This document shows, piece after piece, positions 42,635 to 51,587 of a stretch of DNA of 64,000 bases. The notes beneath the pieces were generated by a model. The model ran no database searches, had not been told where the DNA came from, and saw nothing but the letters and a program-made list of their open reading frames with translations. Source of the stretch: an uncultured Planctomycetaceae bacterium. Lineage in GTDB: Bacteria; Planctomycetota; Planctomycetia; Planctomycetales; Planctomycetaceae. Within the stretch, counting starts at the first letter, position 1; each line of letters begins with the position of its first letter. The translations under genes and the position numbers were made by a program. The stretch spans positions 256,001 to 320,000 of the forward strand of contig CAWFGE010000010.1 in NCBI GenBank assembly GCA_963815195.1, read 5' to 3'.

Positions 42635-43840
42635 ATGCGGCGTTCCTTGCGGACTTTGAGTTGGACGGCGGCGGCCTTCGTTTTGGCTTTGGGGTGGACG
42701 ACTCGCGGTTCGGCGGAACTGCGCGATGCGCCCGAGGCCGGTTCGAGCCATGCGTATTCGGTGGAGATCGTTGCCGAACTCCCCGATGCCACGGAGACGC
42801 TGAAAGGCGTGGCGACGTTCACGGCGAAGGGGAAGGACGGCGAGAACATCAAGCTGGAATATCGCGGCGGATTGAATCGCTCGCGCAAGGAAAAAGCCGC
42901 GGCGGGAGCGGGCGGACGGCGTCCTGGGCCGGGCGGATTTGGCCGCCGGCCGGGCCGACCGCCACTGGGGCCTCGCGGCCTGTTCGATGCGCCGACGTTT
43001 GCCGGCTTGACCCAAACGACCAACAAGCTCACATTGACGCCGCAAGGCGAGTTTGTCGCGCTGGAGGGCACTTCCCAACTGCCATACCTGTTGGGCAATC
43101 TTTCCCTGCTGATCTTCGAACCGTTCCCCGCGGGCGACGAGACGGCCTGGGAAATCAAAAACGACGTGGGGATTACCGAAAAAAACGAGCGGCGGACGTT
43201 TCCGCGGTTCGGCCCCCGCCGGCCCGGCGATCCCGCAGCCGGCGAGAAGGAAAAGCGAACCGCCGGCGTGGAGTTGACGAAATACAAAATCGCCAAAACG
43301 GAAGGCGATCTGGTGACCGTCGAAAAGACCTATGCTTTGGAATCGCCCGTGGTCGATGGCAAAGGCTTTGCCTTCGACGGCCAGGGGACCTGGGTGTTCG
43401 ACCGGTCGAAGTCCGTTCCGCAGAAGCTGGATTTTCGCCAGGTGCTGACGGTCAAGCTCAACAATGTTTCGGTGAAGATCCCGATCACCACCAAATTTCA
43501 AGTGATGACCGAAGAACAACTCGCCGAGCACAAGAAAGCTCAGGAAAAACGGCAAGCGGAAATGAAAGCGCGGCTGGCAAAAGCCCAAGAGCAAAATCAA
43601 GCCCGCCGGAATGCCCCGCTCTCGGCGGAGCAAAAAGCCGAGGTCCTCAAGCAATTGGCGTCGGACAATATGTTCGACGTGCGCAAGGGGATGCGGACGC
43701 TGCAGTTCAAGAATCCCGACGAACCAGACGCGGAAATCTCGGCCGCCCTCAAAAAGCTGGAGGATCACAAAAACCTCGGCATTCGCTTGCAGGTCAAACA
43801 GATCGCCAAGAAATGGTCCGCAGCGAAGTCCGACAAGTGA
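42635..43840 (+). CDS. Exported hypothetical protein with a C-terminal helical/HEAT-like region
   Basis: RBS aagg, signal peptide, beta-rich middle and helical C-terminus. Confidence 0.75.
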   Translation: MRRSLRTLSWTAAAFVLALGWTTRGSAELRDAPEAGSSHAYSVEIVAELPDATETLKGVATFTAKGKDGENIKLEYRGGLNRSRKEKAAAGAGGRRPGPGGFGRRPGRPPLGPRGLFDAPTFAGLTQTTNKLTLTPQGEFVALEGTSQLPYLLGNLSLLIFEPFPAGDETAWEIKNDVGITEKNERRTFPRFGPRRPGDPAAGEKEKRTAGVELTKYKIAKTEGDLVTVEKTYALESPVVDGKGFAFDGQGTWVFDRSKSVPQKLDFRQVLTVKLNNVSVKIPITTKFQVMTEEQLAEHKKAQEKRQAEMKARLAKAQEQNQARRNAPLSAEQKAEVLKQLASDNMFDVRKGMRTLQFKNPDEPDAEISAALKKLEDHKNLGIRLQVKQIAKKWSAAKSDK

Positions 43841-43920
43841 CCTGCCAAAGCGCGGTTTCGCCTTCAACCAAGAACCGACGTTGTTAATCTTCCACACTTG
43901 CTTCCCATCGCGAGGTTTCT

Positions 43921-44472
43921 ATGAAACCGCTCTGGCTTCCCATCATGCTCCTTGGTTTGTTGGCCTCGCCGGTTTCGGCTCAGGAACCGCCGAAGTTTCC
44001 CGGCCCGCAAAAAGAGCACGAGGTGCTCAAGCAGTTTGTGGGGGACTGGGAGACCGATTCGGAAGCCGAGGCCGGGCCGGGGAAGCCGGCGATGAAATGC
44101 AAGGGCCGCATCCATTCCAAAATGCTCGGCGGCTTCTGGGTGGTCTCGGAATTGGAGACGGAGATGATGGGCACGAAGGTCGTCGGCGTTCAAACGATCG
44201 GCTACGATCCCAAGACCCAAAAATACGTCGGCACCTGGGTGGACTCCGTCATGAATCACATGTGGAAGTACGAAGGCAGCCTGGATAAGACCGGCAAAAT
44301 CCTGACGCTCGAAGCCGAAGGCCCCACCTTCCTGGGGGAGGGAAAAACCGCCAAATTCCGGGATGTGTATGAGTTCAAAACAAACGACCTCATCGGCATG
44401 TCCTCTATGATCGAGGACGAGAACGGCAAGTGGATCACCTTCATGACCGGAACCGCCCGGCGGAAGAAATAG
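43921..44472 (+). CDS. DUF1579 domain exported protein
   Basis: P.PQKEH..L..FVG.W, LGGFW and GYDP...KYVGTWVDS. Confidence 0.88.
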   Translation: MKPLWLPIMLLGLLASPVSAQEPPKFPGPQKEHEVLKQFVGDWETDSEAEAGPGKPAMKCKGRIHSKMLGGFWVVSELETEMMGTKVVGVQTIGYDPKTQKYVGTWVDSVMNHMWKYEGSLDKTGKILTLEAEGPTFLGEGKTAKFRDVYEFKTNDLIGMSSMIEDENGKWITFMTGTARRKK

Positions 44473-44860
44473 CGATCCCGGCCCGACCCGTCAAAGCCCG
44501 CGCGATTCTCGTCGAAAAGCCGAAGATCAAGGGGGGCTGCGGGCGCGCCCGCCAAAAGTTTGGGGAGCACCTGGGTCTTCGCGGTGCCATCGTCGTTCAT
44601 GACATACATGGTGGCATTCTCGGTCGAATCGCCGCCGTGCAATCTGACCGGTTGGCGTACTGCCACCGCCTCCTCCACCACGGGGTCTTTTGGCCGAAGC
44701 GGACTGGGTTCCCCAGACCAGGCCGAAACAAGCGAGAGCAATGGCCTAAAGACCAATCGAACGGCAGACTTGGCTTTGCATACATCCGTTTTGTTGTTGC
44801 AGGTTGCAGCTTCATTCAAACTCGTCAGTGGAAATGATTCGCGGGTACCACAGAATCAGG

Positions 44861-44937
44861 CGGTCCGGCGCGCAAACCGATCGTCCGGGGCGAGTGTCGG
44901 CCGGTGAGGGTTCTGCTTGGCGGCTGGCCCTCACCGG
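44861..44937. repeat. ~80-bp direct repeat, copy 1 (contains a hairpin)
   Basis: cggtccgg-cgcgcaaaccgatcgtccggggcg.gtgtcgg.cggtgaggg...ggcggctggccctcaccgg, shared with 47360-47439. Confidence 0.9.
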
Positions 44938-44949
44938 GCTTTGCTCGCG

Positions 44950-47307
44950 TCAGGAAAAGAGTTCATCCAGCAAATCGCGAAGAGACTTGCCGGAGAGGAA
45001 CAAGTTCACGGTGTCGCTTCCGATGAAGTCCGTGCCGTCGGCTGTCGTTCCGACCACCGAGACAGAGGCCTCTTGGCGGCTGGAGTCAAGGACCCCGTCG
45101 CCGTTCAGGTCGTCCAAAAGCAACTGGTCGTAGATCGCGCCAAGATTCGTATCTTGGACGTTATAAGTCAGCACCAGATCCAGACGGCCGTCGCCGTCCA
45201 CATCTTTTAACAGGCTGGAAACCGGCAGGGCGTAGGCGAAGACGACCGTGTTGGGATCCACGGTCGCGGCATCGAACGTGTCCGTGCTGACGATGGTCAC
45301 ATCGACGGTTCCCTGGCTGTTGAGGTTGAGGACCGGCCTAACCTCGATCGTCACCTCCGTGGGTCGAAGTGCCGGACTGCCCGGGTCCACAATTACGCCG
45401 TTGGCCGTCAGGTCGTGGTCGCCGCGCTGGCCATCCACGAAAAACAGCGTGATTATGTGGTTGACATCGTCGATGACGGCCCCCGTCGTCCCGTCGTAGA
45501 GGAATTCGTACCAATGCGGCGTCGCGTTGTCGGGGGTCGGGCCATATTGGTAGTAGGTGTCCACCGTGACGTCGGCGGGGTAATCCAGCGTGACAGTGGT
45601 GGCGCCGCCCGAGGCGACCCCCACAACGTTGAAGGTAAAAGAGCCAAGCGGGAACTGGACTCCGGCCGGGGCATCGGCGGGCGAGGGATTCGGAACGGCG
45701 GCGACGTCAGTCAGGCTCGTGTCCGACGGCGCTGCCAGGGTGAGAGCCGGGCCGTTGTCGCCTGCCGGCAGACTGGTAGTGTTCGATTCCGAAAAGAAAC
45801 GCGCGACGAGGCTCGGATACGGATCAAGACCGGACCACCCGCCGCCGATGATCCGGCCGCTGCCGTCAATCGCGGCGGCATACAGTCCGTCGTTGTCGGT
45901 CAGCACGGTGGTCACCTTGCCGCCCGTGCCGAAGCTGGAGTCGAGCGAGCCGTCCGCGAGCAGGCGCGCGAGCAGGAGGTGGCTGTCATCGACCCCAGCA
46001 TCCCACGTCCAGCCGGCCGCCACGATCCGGTCGCTACTGTCCAGGGTCGTACCCAGAACTTCGAAGCCGACCGCGTTCGCGTCGAACCCGAAATCGGTGA
46101 CGACTTGGCCGCCATCGCCGAAGCTCGTATCCAGGCTGCCGTCGCTGGCATTGTGGCGGGCCACGTCGAAGACCTCCGGATTCGTGACCCCATTCGGCAT
46201 AACGGAACCGCCGGACACGACGAGGTTTCCGCTGCTGTCGATGGCCAGGCCGACCGCCTCGTCCGCTGTCGCGCCGAAGGAGTCTGTAAGTACCTTGCCG
46301 CGGTCGCCGAAAGTGTCATCCGGCGTTCCATCGGTGTTAAAGCGCGCCAGTGCGATGCCGTTGAAGGCGCCGCCGTCGTGAGTGACCGTGTAAGTGCTGC
46401 CGTCGGAAAGAGTGATATCGTAGCTATCCGATTGGGAATACTCATCGGCGAGGATGATTCGATCGTTGCCATCGATGACCATCTGCAGATCCTGCCGACC
46501 GATGGTCGTCCTGGCAAAATCGAGATTGGTGGGCAACAGTTTGCTGAGGAAGCTGGTGACCAACTTGCCGCCGCTGCCGAAGCTTGTGTCCAGGCTGCCG
46601 TCCGCGTTGAAGCGCGCCACGGTTATCAAGTCGCTAATATTCTGGCCTCTGTATCTAGTTATTCCCGCTACGATAATGCGGCCGTGGCTGTCAATGCCCA
46701 CGTTATTGTAAATCCCCCCCAAAAAATGCGAGGCGATTGTGACGTTGCTCTCCCACTGACCCCCGCCAATTCCATCACTGAAATAATAGTCGGCCATCAC
46801 GAAACTAGAAGAAATCGTCACCTGGCCGCCGCTGCCAAAACTGGGATCCGGGCTGCCGTCAGGAAGCAATCGCGATACGCAAATGTCAATGCCGCTGTTG
46901 CCGCCCATGCCCACTACCACAACGCGTCCGCTGGCGTCGATCGTCATGTTGCCAGGGCCGTCAAATCCGGTCGTGGCAATCCCCTGGGTGCCAAAGCTGG
47001 TATCGAGGCTGCCGTCTGCATTAAAGCCGGCTAGCTCCCTACCGTCATAGCTGAGCCCGCGGATCTTGCCGTCGGAGGGGTTGACTGCCACATGGGCGAT
47101 GTAATCAGAGAAGTCATTGGTGACGGAACCGCCATTGCCGAAAGTGGGGTCGAGGGCACCGGCGGACAGCAGGCAGCGGTCCTCCAGCACTTCGATCTGT
47201 TGCAGGGCCGGGACGTGGCCATGCGGCCGCCGCCGTGCGCGAGAGCGGCGGGAGGAACGCAACGAGCCGCGGAGAGTCAGCGATTTTAGCCAGGATGCAA
47301 TTAACAT
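44950..47307 (-). CDS. Exported protein with LEPRxLL-type N-terminus, delta-60 repeats, choice-of-anchor-U-like domain and DxxGDG Ca-binding motifs
   Basis: IEVLEDRCLLS; multiple ARF..DGSLDTSFG.GG repeats; FP.G.F.F...Y.YGPT.....HWY.F and DG.RGD.DL..NG.I.DPG; DVDGDG and DLNGDG. Confidence 0.85.
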   Translation of the reverse strand: MLIASWLKSLTLRGSLRSSRRSRARRRPHGHVPALQQIEVLEDRCLLSAGALDPTFGNGGSVTNDFSDYIAHVAVNPSDGKIRGLSYDGRELAGFNADGSLDTSFGTQGIATTGFDGPGNMTIDASGRVVVVGMGGNSGIDICVSRLLPDGSPDPSFGSGGQVTISSSFVMADYYFSDGIGGGQWESNVTIASHFLGGIYNNVGIDSHGRIIVAGITRYRGQNISDLITVARFNADGSLDTSFGSGGKLVTSFLSKLLPTNLDFARTTIGRQDLQMVIDGNDRIILADEYSQSDSYDITLSDGSTYTVTHDGGAFNGIALARFNTDGTPDDTFGDRGKVLTDSFGATADEAVGLAIDSSGNLVVSGGSVMPNGVTNPEVFDVARHNASDGSLDTSFGDGGQVVTDFGFDANAVGFEVLGTTLDSSDRIVAAGWTWDAGVDDSHLLLARLLADGSLDSSFGTGGKVTTVLTDNDGLYAAAIDGSGRIIGGGWSGLDPYPSLVARFFSESNTTSLPAGDNGPALTLAAPSDTSLTDVAAVPNPSPADAPAGVQFPLGSFTFNVVGVASGGATTVTLDYPADVTVDTYYQYGPTPDNATPHWYEFLYDGTTGAVIDDVNHIITLFFVDGQRGDHDLTANGVIVDPGSPALRPTEVTIEVRPVLNLNSQGTVDVTIVSTDTFDAATVDPNTVVFAYALPVSSLLKDVDGDGRLDLVLTYNVQDTNLGAIYDQLLLDDLNGDGVLDSSRQEASVSVVGTTADGTDFIGSDTVNLFLSGKSLRDLLDELFS

Positions 47308-47359
47308 GGTTTAAAACCCTTTTGGCAAAGTCGGTTTGCGCAGGTAGAATCAAACCAGC

Positions 47360-47439
47360 CGGTCCGGGCGCGCAAACCGATCGTCCGGGGCGGGTGTCGG
47401 TCGGTGAGGGTTTTTGCTTTGGCGGCTGGCCCTCACCGG
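47360..47439. repeat. ~80-bp direct repeat, copy 2
   Basis: Near-identical to 44861-44937, with a few substitutions and small indels. Confidence 0.9.
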
Positions 47440-47459
47440 CCGGTTTCAGTTGTTCGTTG

Positions 47460-49926
47460 TCAGTGTCCTTCCGGGGAACGTGCAGAATTTTTTGAGCCGG
47501 GGAGGAGTTGGCGGTGGCCGCGCCGACCGATTTCCAGGACCTGACGCTGAAGCCGTTCCGCCTCGTCTTTTTGGCCCAGTTTTTCAAGCACGCCCGCCAG
47601 GTCATCCATGGTTTTGAGCGCGTCGGGATGTGCCTCGCCCGACACACGCTGCTGAATTTCCAAGATCCTGCGAAGGATGTCCGCTGCCTGTTGGTAACGC
47701 ATTTGGTCGATGAGCACACTGGCCAGACTCTGCAGTGAGATCAATCGGGTCGGATGATCCTCTCCCAGGATGCTCTGGTCGATAGCGACCACTTGACGAA
47801 GGAGTTGTTCCGCCTCATCGTAACGCTGTTGGCCCTGGAGCGCGCGCACCACATTGAATGTGGTGCCCAGGGTCCATGGATGCTCTTTCCCGAACACGCG
47901 GCGGCAGGCGGCCAGCAGGTCTCGCTGAAGTTGTTCCGCTTCGCGGTAGCGTCTTTGGTGAAAAAGCGCGACCGCGAGATGGTGCCTGGTCATGAGTGAG
48001 TCTAAGTCCTCTTCACCCAGGGCACGGCTTTGCACTTCGAATGTCCGCCGGGCCAACTCTTCGGCGTCGATGAGACACCCCATATCACTCAGCGTCCAAG
48101 CCAGGTCCGAGGCGATCTTGAGTGTGACTCGGTGTTCCTTTCCGAGCTCGCGCCGGGCACGAATTAGCAGCGCTTCGAGCTTCTCCCTGGCCGGCTCGTG
48201 ATCGCCTCGCCTTTCGAGAATCCAGGCGGAGATCCGCTCCGCGTCGATGGTCGCGGCATCATTCTCACCCAGGTGTTTTTGCCTGAGTTCGACCGATCGG
48301 TTCGCATGCTCCAGCGCCTTTTCATAATTCCTCAGCGGCAGGTACGTCTTGGCGAGCGTCTCGCGAATCGCTGCCTCGACCAACGGCTGGTGCTTGAACC
48401 TCGTCTCGATGCTCTGCCCCGTTCGGTCCAGCACGTCTCGCAACTTGAGGCCCGGGTTCGCAGTGTTTTCAGGACTGGCCTGGTCCAACAGGTCGTTCAG
48501 AAAAGCGTTCACGGCCTGGGAAATCGCCGCCTCGTCGGCGGCGCGCCGTTCGGCCGATTGCGTCCGCTTCAATTCCTCGGTGACGCGGCGTTCGGCCTGT
48601 TGGACACGGCCGAGTTCCTGGGTCACTTGTATTTCGGCCCGCGTGGCCCGGATGGCCTGCCAGGTGGCCAGACCGGTGCCGATAGCCAGTGCAGCCAATA
48701 CGAGAACCGCGGTCGTCAGCCCTGTCTTGTTTCGCCGGGCGAGTTTCCGCAGGCGATACCACATCGACGGCGGGCAGGCTTCGACGGGTTCGTTTTCCAG
48801 GTGACGCCTTATGTCCTCTGCCATGGCGCATCGGCGATTCGTACCGCCGGTTGCGGTCTTTTTCCAATGCTCTCATCACGATCCAATCCAACTCGCACCG
48901 TAGGGAGTGGCTGAGTTTGCGGGGATCGATGCGGCGGCTGCCGGAGATCGTGCAGAGCAGTTCCACGTTCAACGTGCTGATCCGGGTGCTGGGGCGGGCC
49001 GGGTCCACTTCGCGGATCATCCGCCGGAACTCGTCGAAGCCGGCGGTCTTCAGAACCTCTTTATCGAACGGCGTCGTGCCCGTGAGGAGTTCGTAAAGCA
49101 AGACCCCCAGGGAATACACGTCGCTCCGCGTATCAATGTCCAACCCGCTGAATTGGGCCTGTTCCGGGGACATATACAGCGGCGTGCCGATCATCTGGCC
49201 ATAGGACGTGTAAACCGTTTTCTCAGTCAGTTTCACGCTTAAGGCTTTGGAGACGCCGAAGTCGATCACCTTCACCATCGGCTTGTCGTCATGCAGCGTG
49301 ACCATTACGTTCGAGGGTTTAATATCCCGGTGAATGATCCCTTTTTGATGGGCATGCTGGACGGCCCGGCAGACATCGATGAACAACTCCAGCCGCTCCC
49401 GCGTCGAGAGCTTCCGCTCATCGCAAAATGTCGTGATAAGCACGCCTTTGACGAGTTCCATCACGAAGTAGGGCCGGCCTTGCTCGGTCGTCCCCGCGTC
49501 CAGCACCTTGGCGATATTCGGGTGATCCATCAAAGCCAGGGATTGGCGCTCGGCTTCAAATCGGGCGATGACCTCCCGCGTGTCCATGCCGGGCTTGATG
49601 ATCTTGAGAGCCACCTTGCGGCGGACCGGCTGTTCCTGCTCCGCCACAAACACCAACCCAAACCCGCCTTCGCCAATCTGCTCCCGGAGTTGATAAGGCC
49701 CGATCTGGGTTCCCGGTTTTTCCAGGATCGCCGGCAAATTGAATGTCGCCACGATCGCGGGGTCTTCCAAAAAGGAAGCGGGGTCTTCGTCCGCGGCGAG
49801 CAAGGCCTCGACGCGGTTCAACAATTCCTGATCCTCCCCGCACGCGTCGCGGAGGTAAACTTGACGCTCCGCGAAGGAGGCTTTCTCGCGGGCTGCGTAA
49901 AAGACAGATTCCTCTCGGTCGCTCAT
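47460..49926 (-). CDS. Membrane Ser/Thr protein kinase with C-terminal TPR repeats (frameshift near 48831)
   Basis: GEGGFG, VALK, HRDIKPSN, DFG and YMSPEQ in ORF 48469..49929. AEDIRR.L..EPVEA.PPS, a TM helix and G..HP.TL TPRs in ORF 47460..48824. Confidence 0.92.
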
Positions 49927-50059
49927 CAAGCGATCCCCGACACAGGGTGAAATCAGATGAAGTTGGGGAATTTCCCCCCCTCATGTCATAGCGCGTATTC
50001 TGACCGGGAATTCCCTCACGAAAATCCCCAGTTTCTGAAAAAATCCCAGAAAACTTCCG

Positions 50060-50614
50060 TTATTCGCTCAAGCGGCATTGCAGCCAGGCGCGTGTGTAAG
50101 CCCAATACCTGTCAGCCGTTGCGGATGAAATCTCCAGAAGTTCCGCGGCCTCGGAAAGGGTGAATCCGCAGAAGTATCGCAGTTTGACCAACTCCGCTTT
50201 GACGGGATCTCGCTGGGCGAGTTCTTCCAAGGCATCGTTTAACGCGAGCAGTTGCGGGGCGGGAATTCGCGAGACAATCTGGCCGGGGTCGAAATCGACC
50301 CGCTGATGATGCTTGCCCCGCTTCCAAGCCTGTTTCCGCCGGGCGTTTTCGATGAGAATCTGCCGCATGGCCTCGGAAGCGACCAGGAAAAAATGTTTGT
50401 GGTTGTTCCAGCGGCGCTCGGCGTCGGGTTCAATCAGTCGCAAATAGGCCTCATGCACCAATGCCGTCGCCTCGAGCGTGTGCTCGGGGCGTTCGGCCGC
50501 CAACTTCGCCGCGGCGAGCTTGCGCAATTCATCATAGACCAATGGCAAAAGCTGCTCGGCTGCCGCGGAATCGCCGCCTTGGATCGCAGAAAGTATCTCG
50601 GTGACATCGCTCAT
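50060..50614 (-). CDS. ECF sigma factor, TIGR02999 type (kinase-associated)
   Basis: MSDVT.IL......AAEQLLPLVYDELRKLA, HTL.ATALVHEAYLRL, LVKLRYF.G and W...RAWL. Confidence 0.93.
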   Translation of the reverse strand: MSDVTEILSAIQGGDSAAAEQLLPLVYDELRKLAAAKLAAERPEHTLEATALVHEAYLRLIEPDAERRWNNHKHFFLVASEAMRQILIENARRKQAWKRGKHHQRVDFDPGQIVSRIPAPQLLALNDALEELAQRDPVKAELVKLRYFCGFTLSEAAELLEISSATADRYWAYTRAWLQCRLSE

Positions 50615-50867
50615 GAGAGAATAGTCTAGCCAGAATGGGACAGGAAATCCCCTAGAAAATCCTCTCAAAATCCCATTCGCGCATCGGATAGATCAGTCGG
50701 CCCCCGTTGGCCGGCGTCGCTGAATTCGGCTGTCGAGCGGGAAAACCACAAAGTTGTTTTCGTTCAGTCATTTCCGGACTCGCATCGTTTTGCCTTTGAA
50801 TCCGGGTTTCAACAAACGATCATGAATTATTATTCCTCTATTCGTTCCGACTGGCGGCCGTGGCAAG

Positions 50868-51578
50868 ATGGGAGGCGGAGTGTCCGCGTATATTGCCCTT
50901 TGCGATGTGTATAAAACCTATGGAACCACCGTGAAGACCCATGCACTGCGGTCGGTTTCTTTGGACGTGAACCGGGGAGAGTTCGTGGTCATTTTAGGGC
51001 CGAGCGGTTCCGGCAAGACAACGCTCCTCAATATCTTGGGCGGATTGGACAGCGCGACCAGCGGGTCTGTGCAGGTCGGCGGGCTGGATTTGTCGAAGCT
51101 CACCGCTCGCGAGCTTTCCAAATATCGCCGGGAGACGGTGGGGTTCATTTTTCAGTTTTTCAATCTGGTCCCCAGTCTGACGGCTCGCGAGAACGTGGAG
51201 TTTGCCGCGGATTTGCATCCCGGTTCCATGAGCGTGGACGAAACCTTGGCTGCCGTGGGCCTGGCGGAATTTGCGGACCGGTTTCCCTCGGAATTGTCCG
51301 GGGGGCAACAGCAGCGGGTGGCCATCGCCCGGGCGCTGGCGAAGTCCCCGCAGATGTTGTTGTGCGATGAGCCGACCGGTTCGGTCGATCAGGAAACCGG
51401 AAAGCAAATCGTGGGACTGTTGCAACGGGCGGCTGAGGGCGGCTGCACACTGCTGGTCGTGACCCACAACAATGCCTTGGCGCATGCCGCGGACCGGGTG
51501 ATTCACCTCAAGGACGGGCAAATTCAATCCGACGAGCGAAATGCCGCCCCGCTTCCCGCCCTGGACTTGGTTTGGTAG
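50868..51578 (+). CDS. ABC transporter ATP-binding protein (LolD/MacB-type)
   Basis: [28 protein letters not shown] and VTH. Confidence 0.95.
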   Translation: MGGGVSAYIALCDVYKTYGTTVKTHALRSVSLDVNRGEFVVILGPSGSGKTTLLNILGGLDSATSGSVQVGGLDLSKLTARELSKYRRETVGFIFQFFNLVPSLTARENVEFAADLHPGSMSVDETLAAVGLAEFADRFPSELSGGQQQRVAIARALAKSPQMLLCDEPTGSVDQETGKQIVGLLQRAAEGGCTLLVVTHNNALAHAADRVIHLKDGQIQSDERNAAPLPALDLVW

Positions 51579-51587
51579 GGATCGTCC

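Noticed and set aside
44256..44819. 187-aa minus-strand ORF as an intact gene
   Set aside because: Overlaps the DUF1579 gene by more than 200 nt and only a short fragment looks protein-like; treated as a possible remnant.
44861..47439. IS or composite transposon, or integron attC sites
   Set aside because: The repeats are direct, no transposase or integrase is present, and no clear attC core sites were seen.
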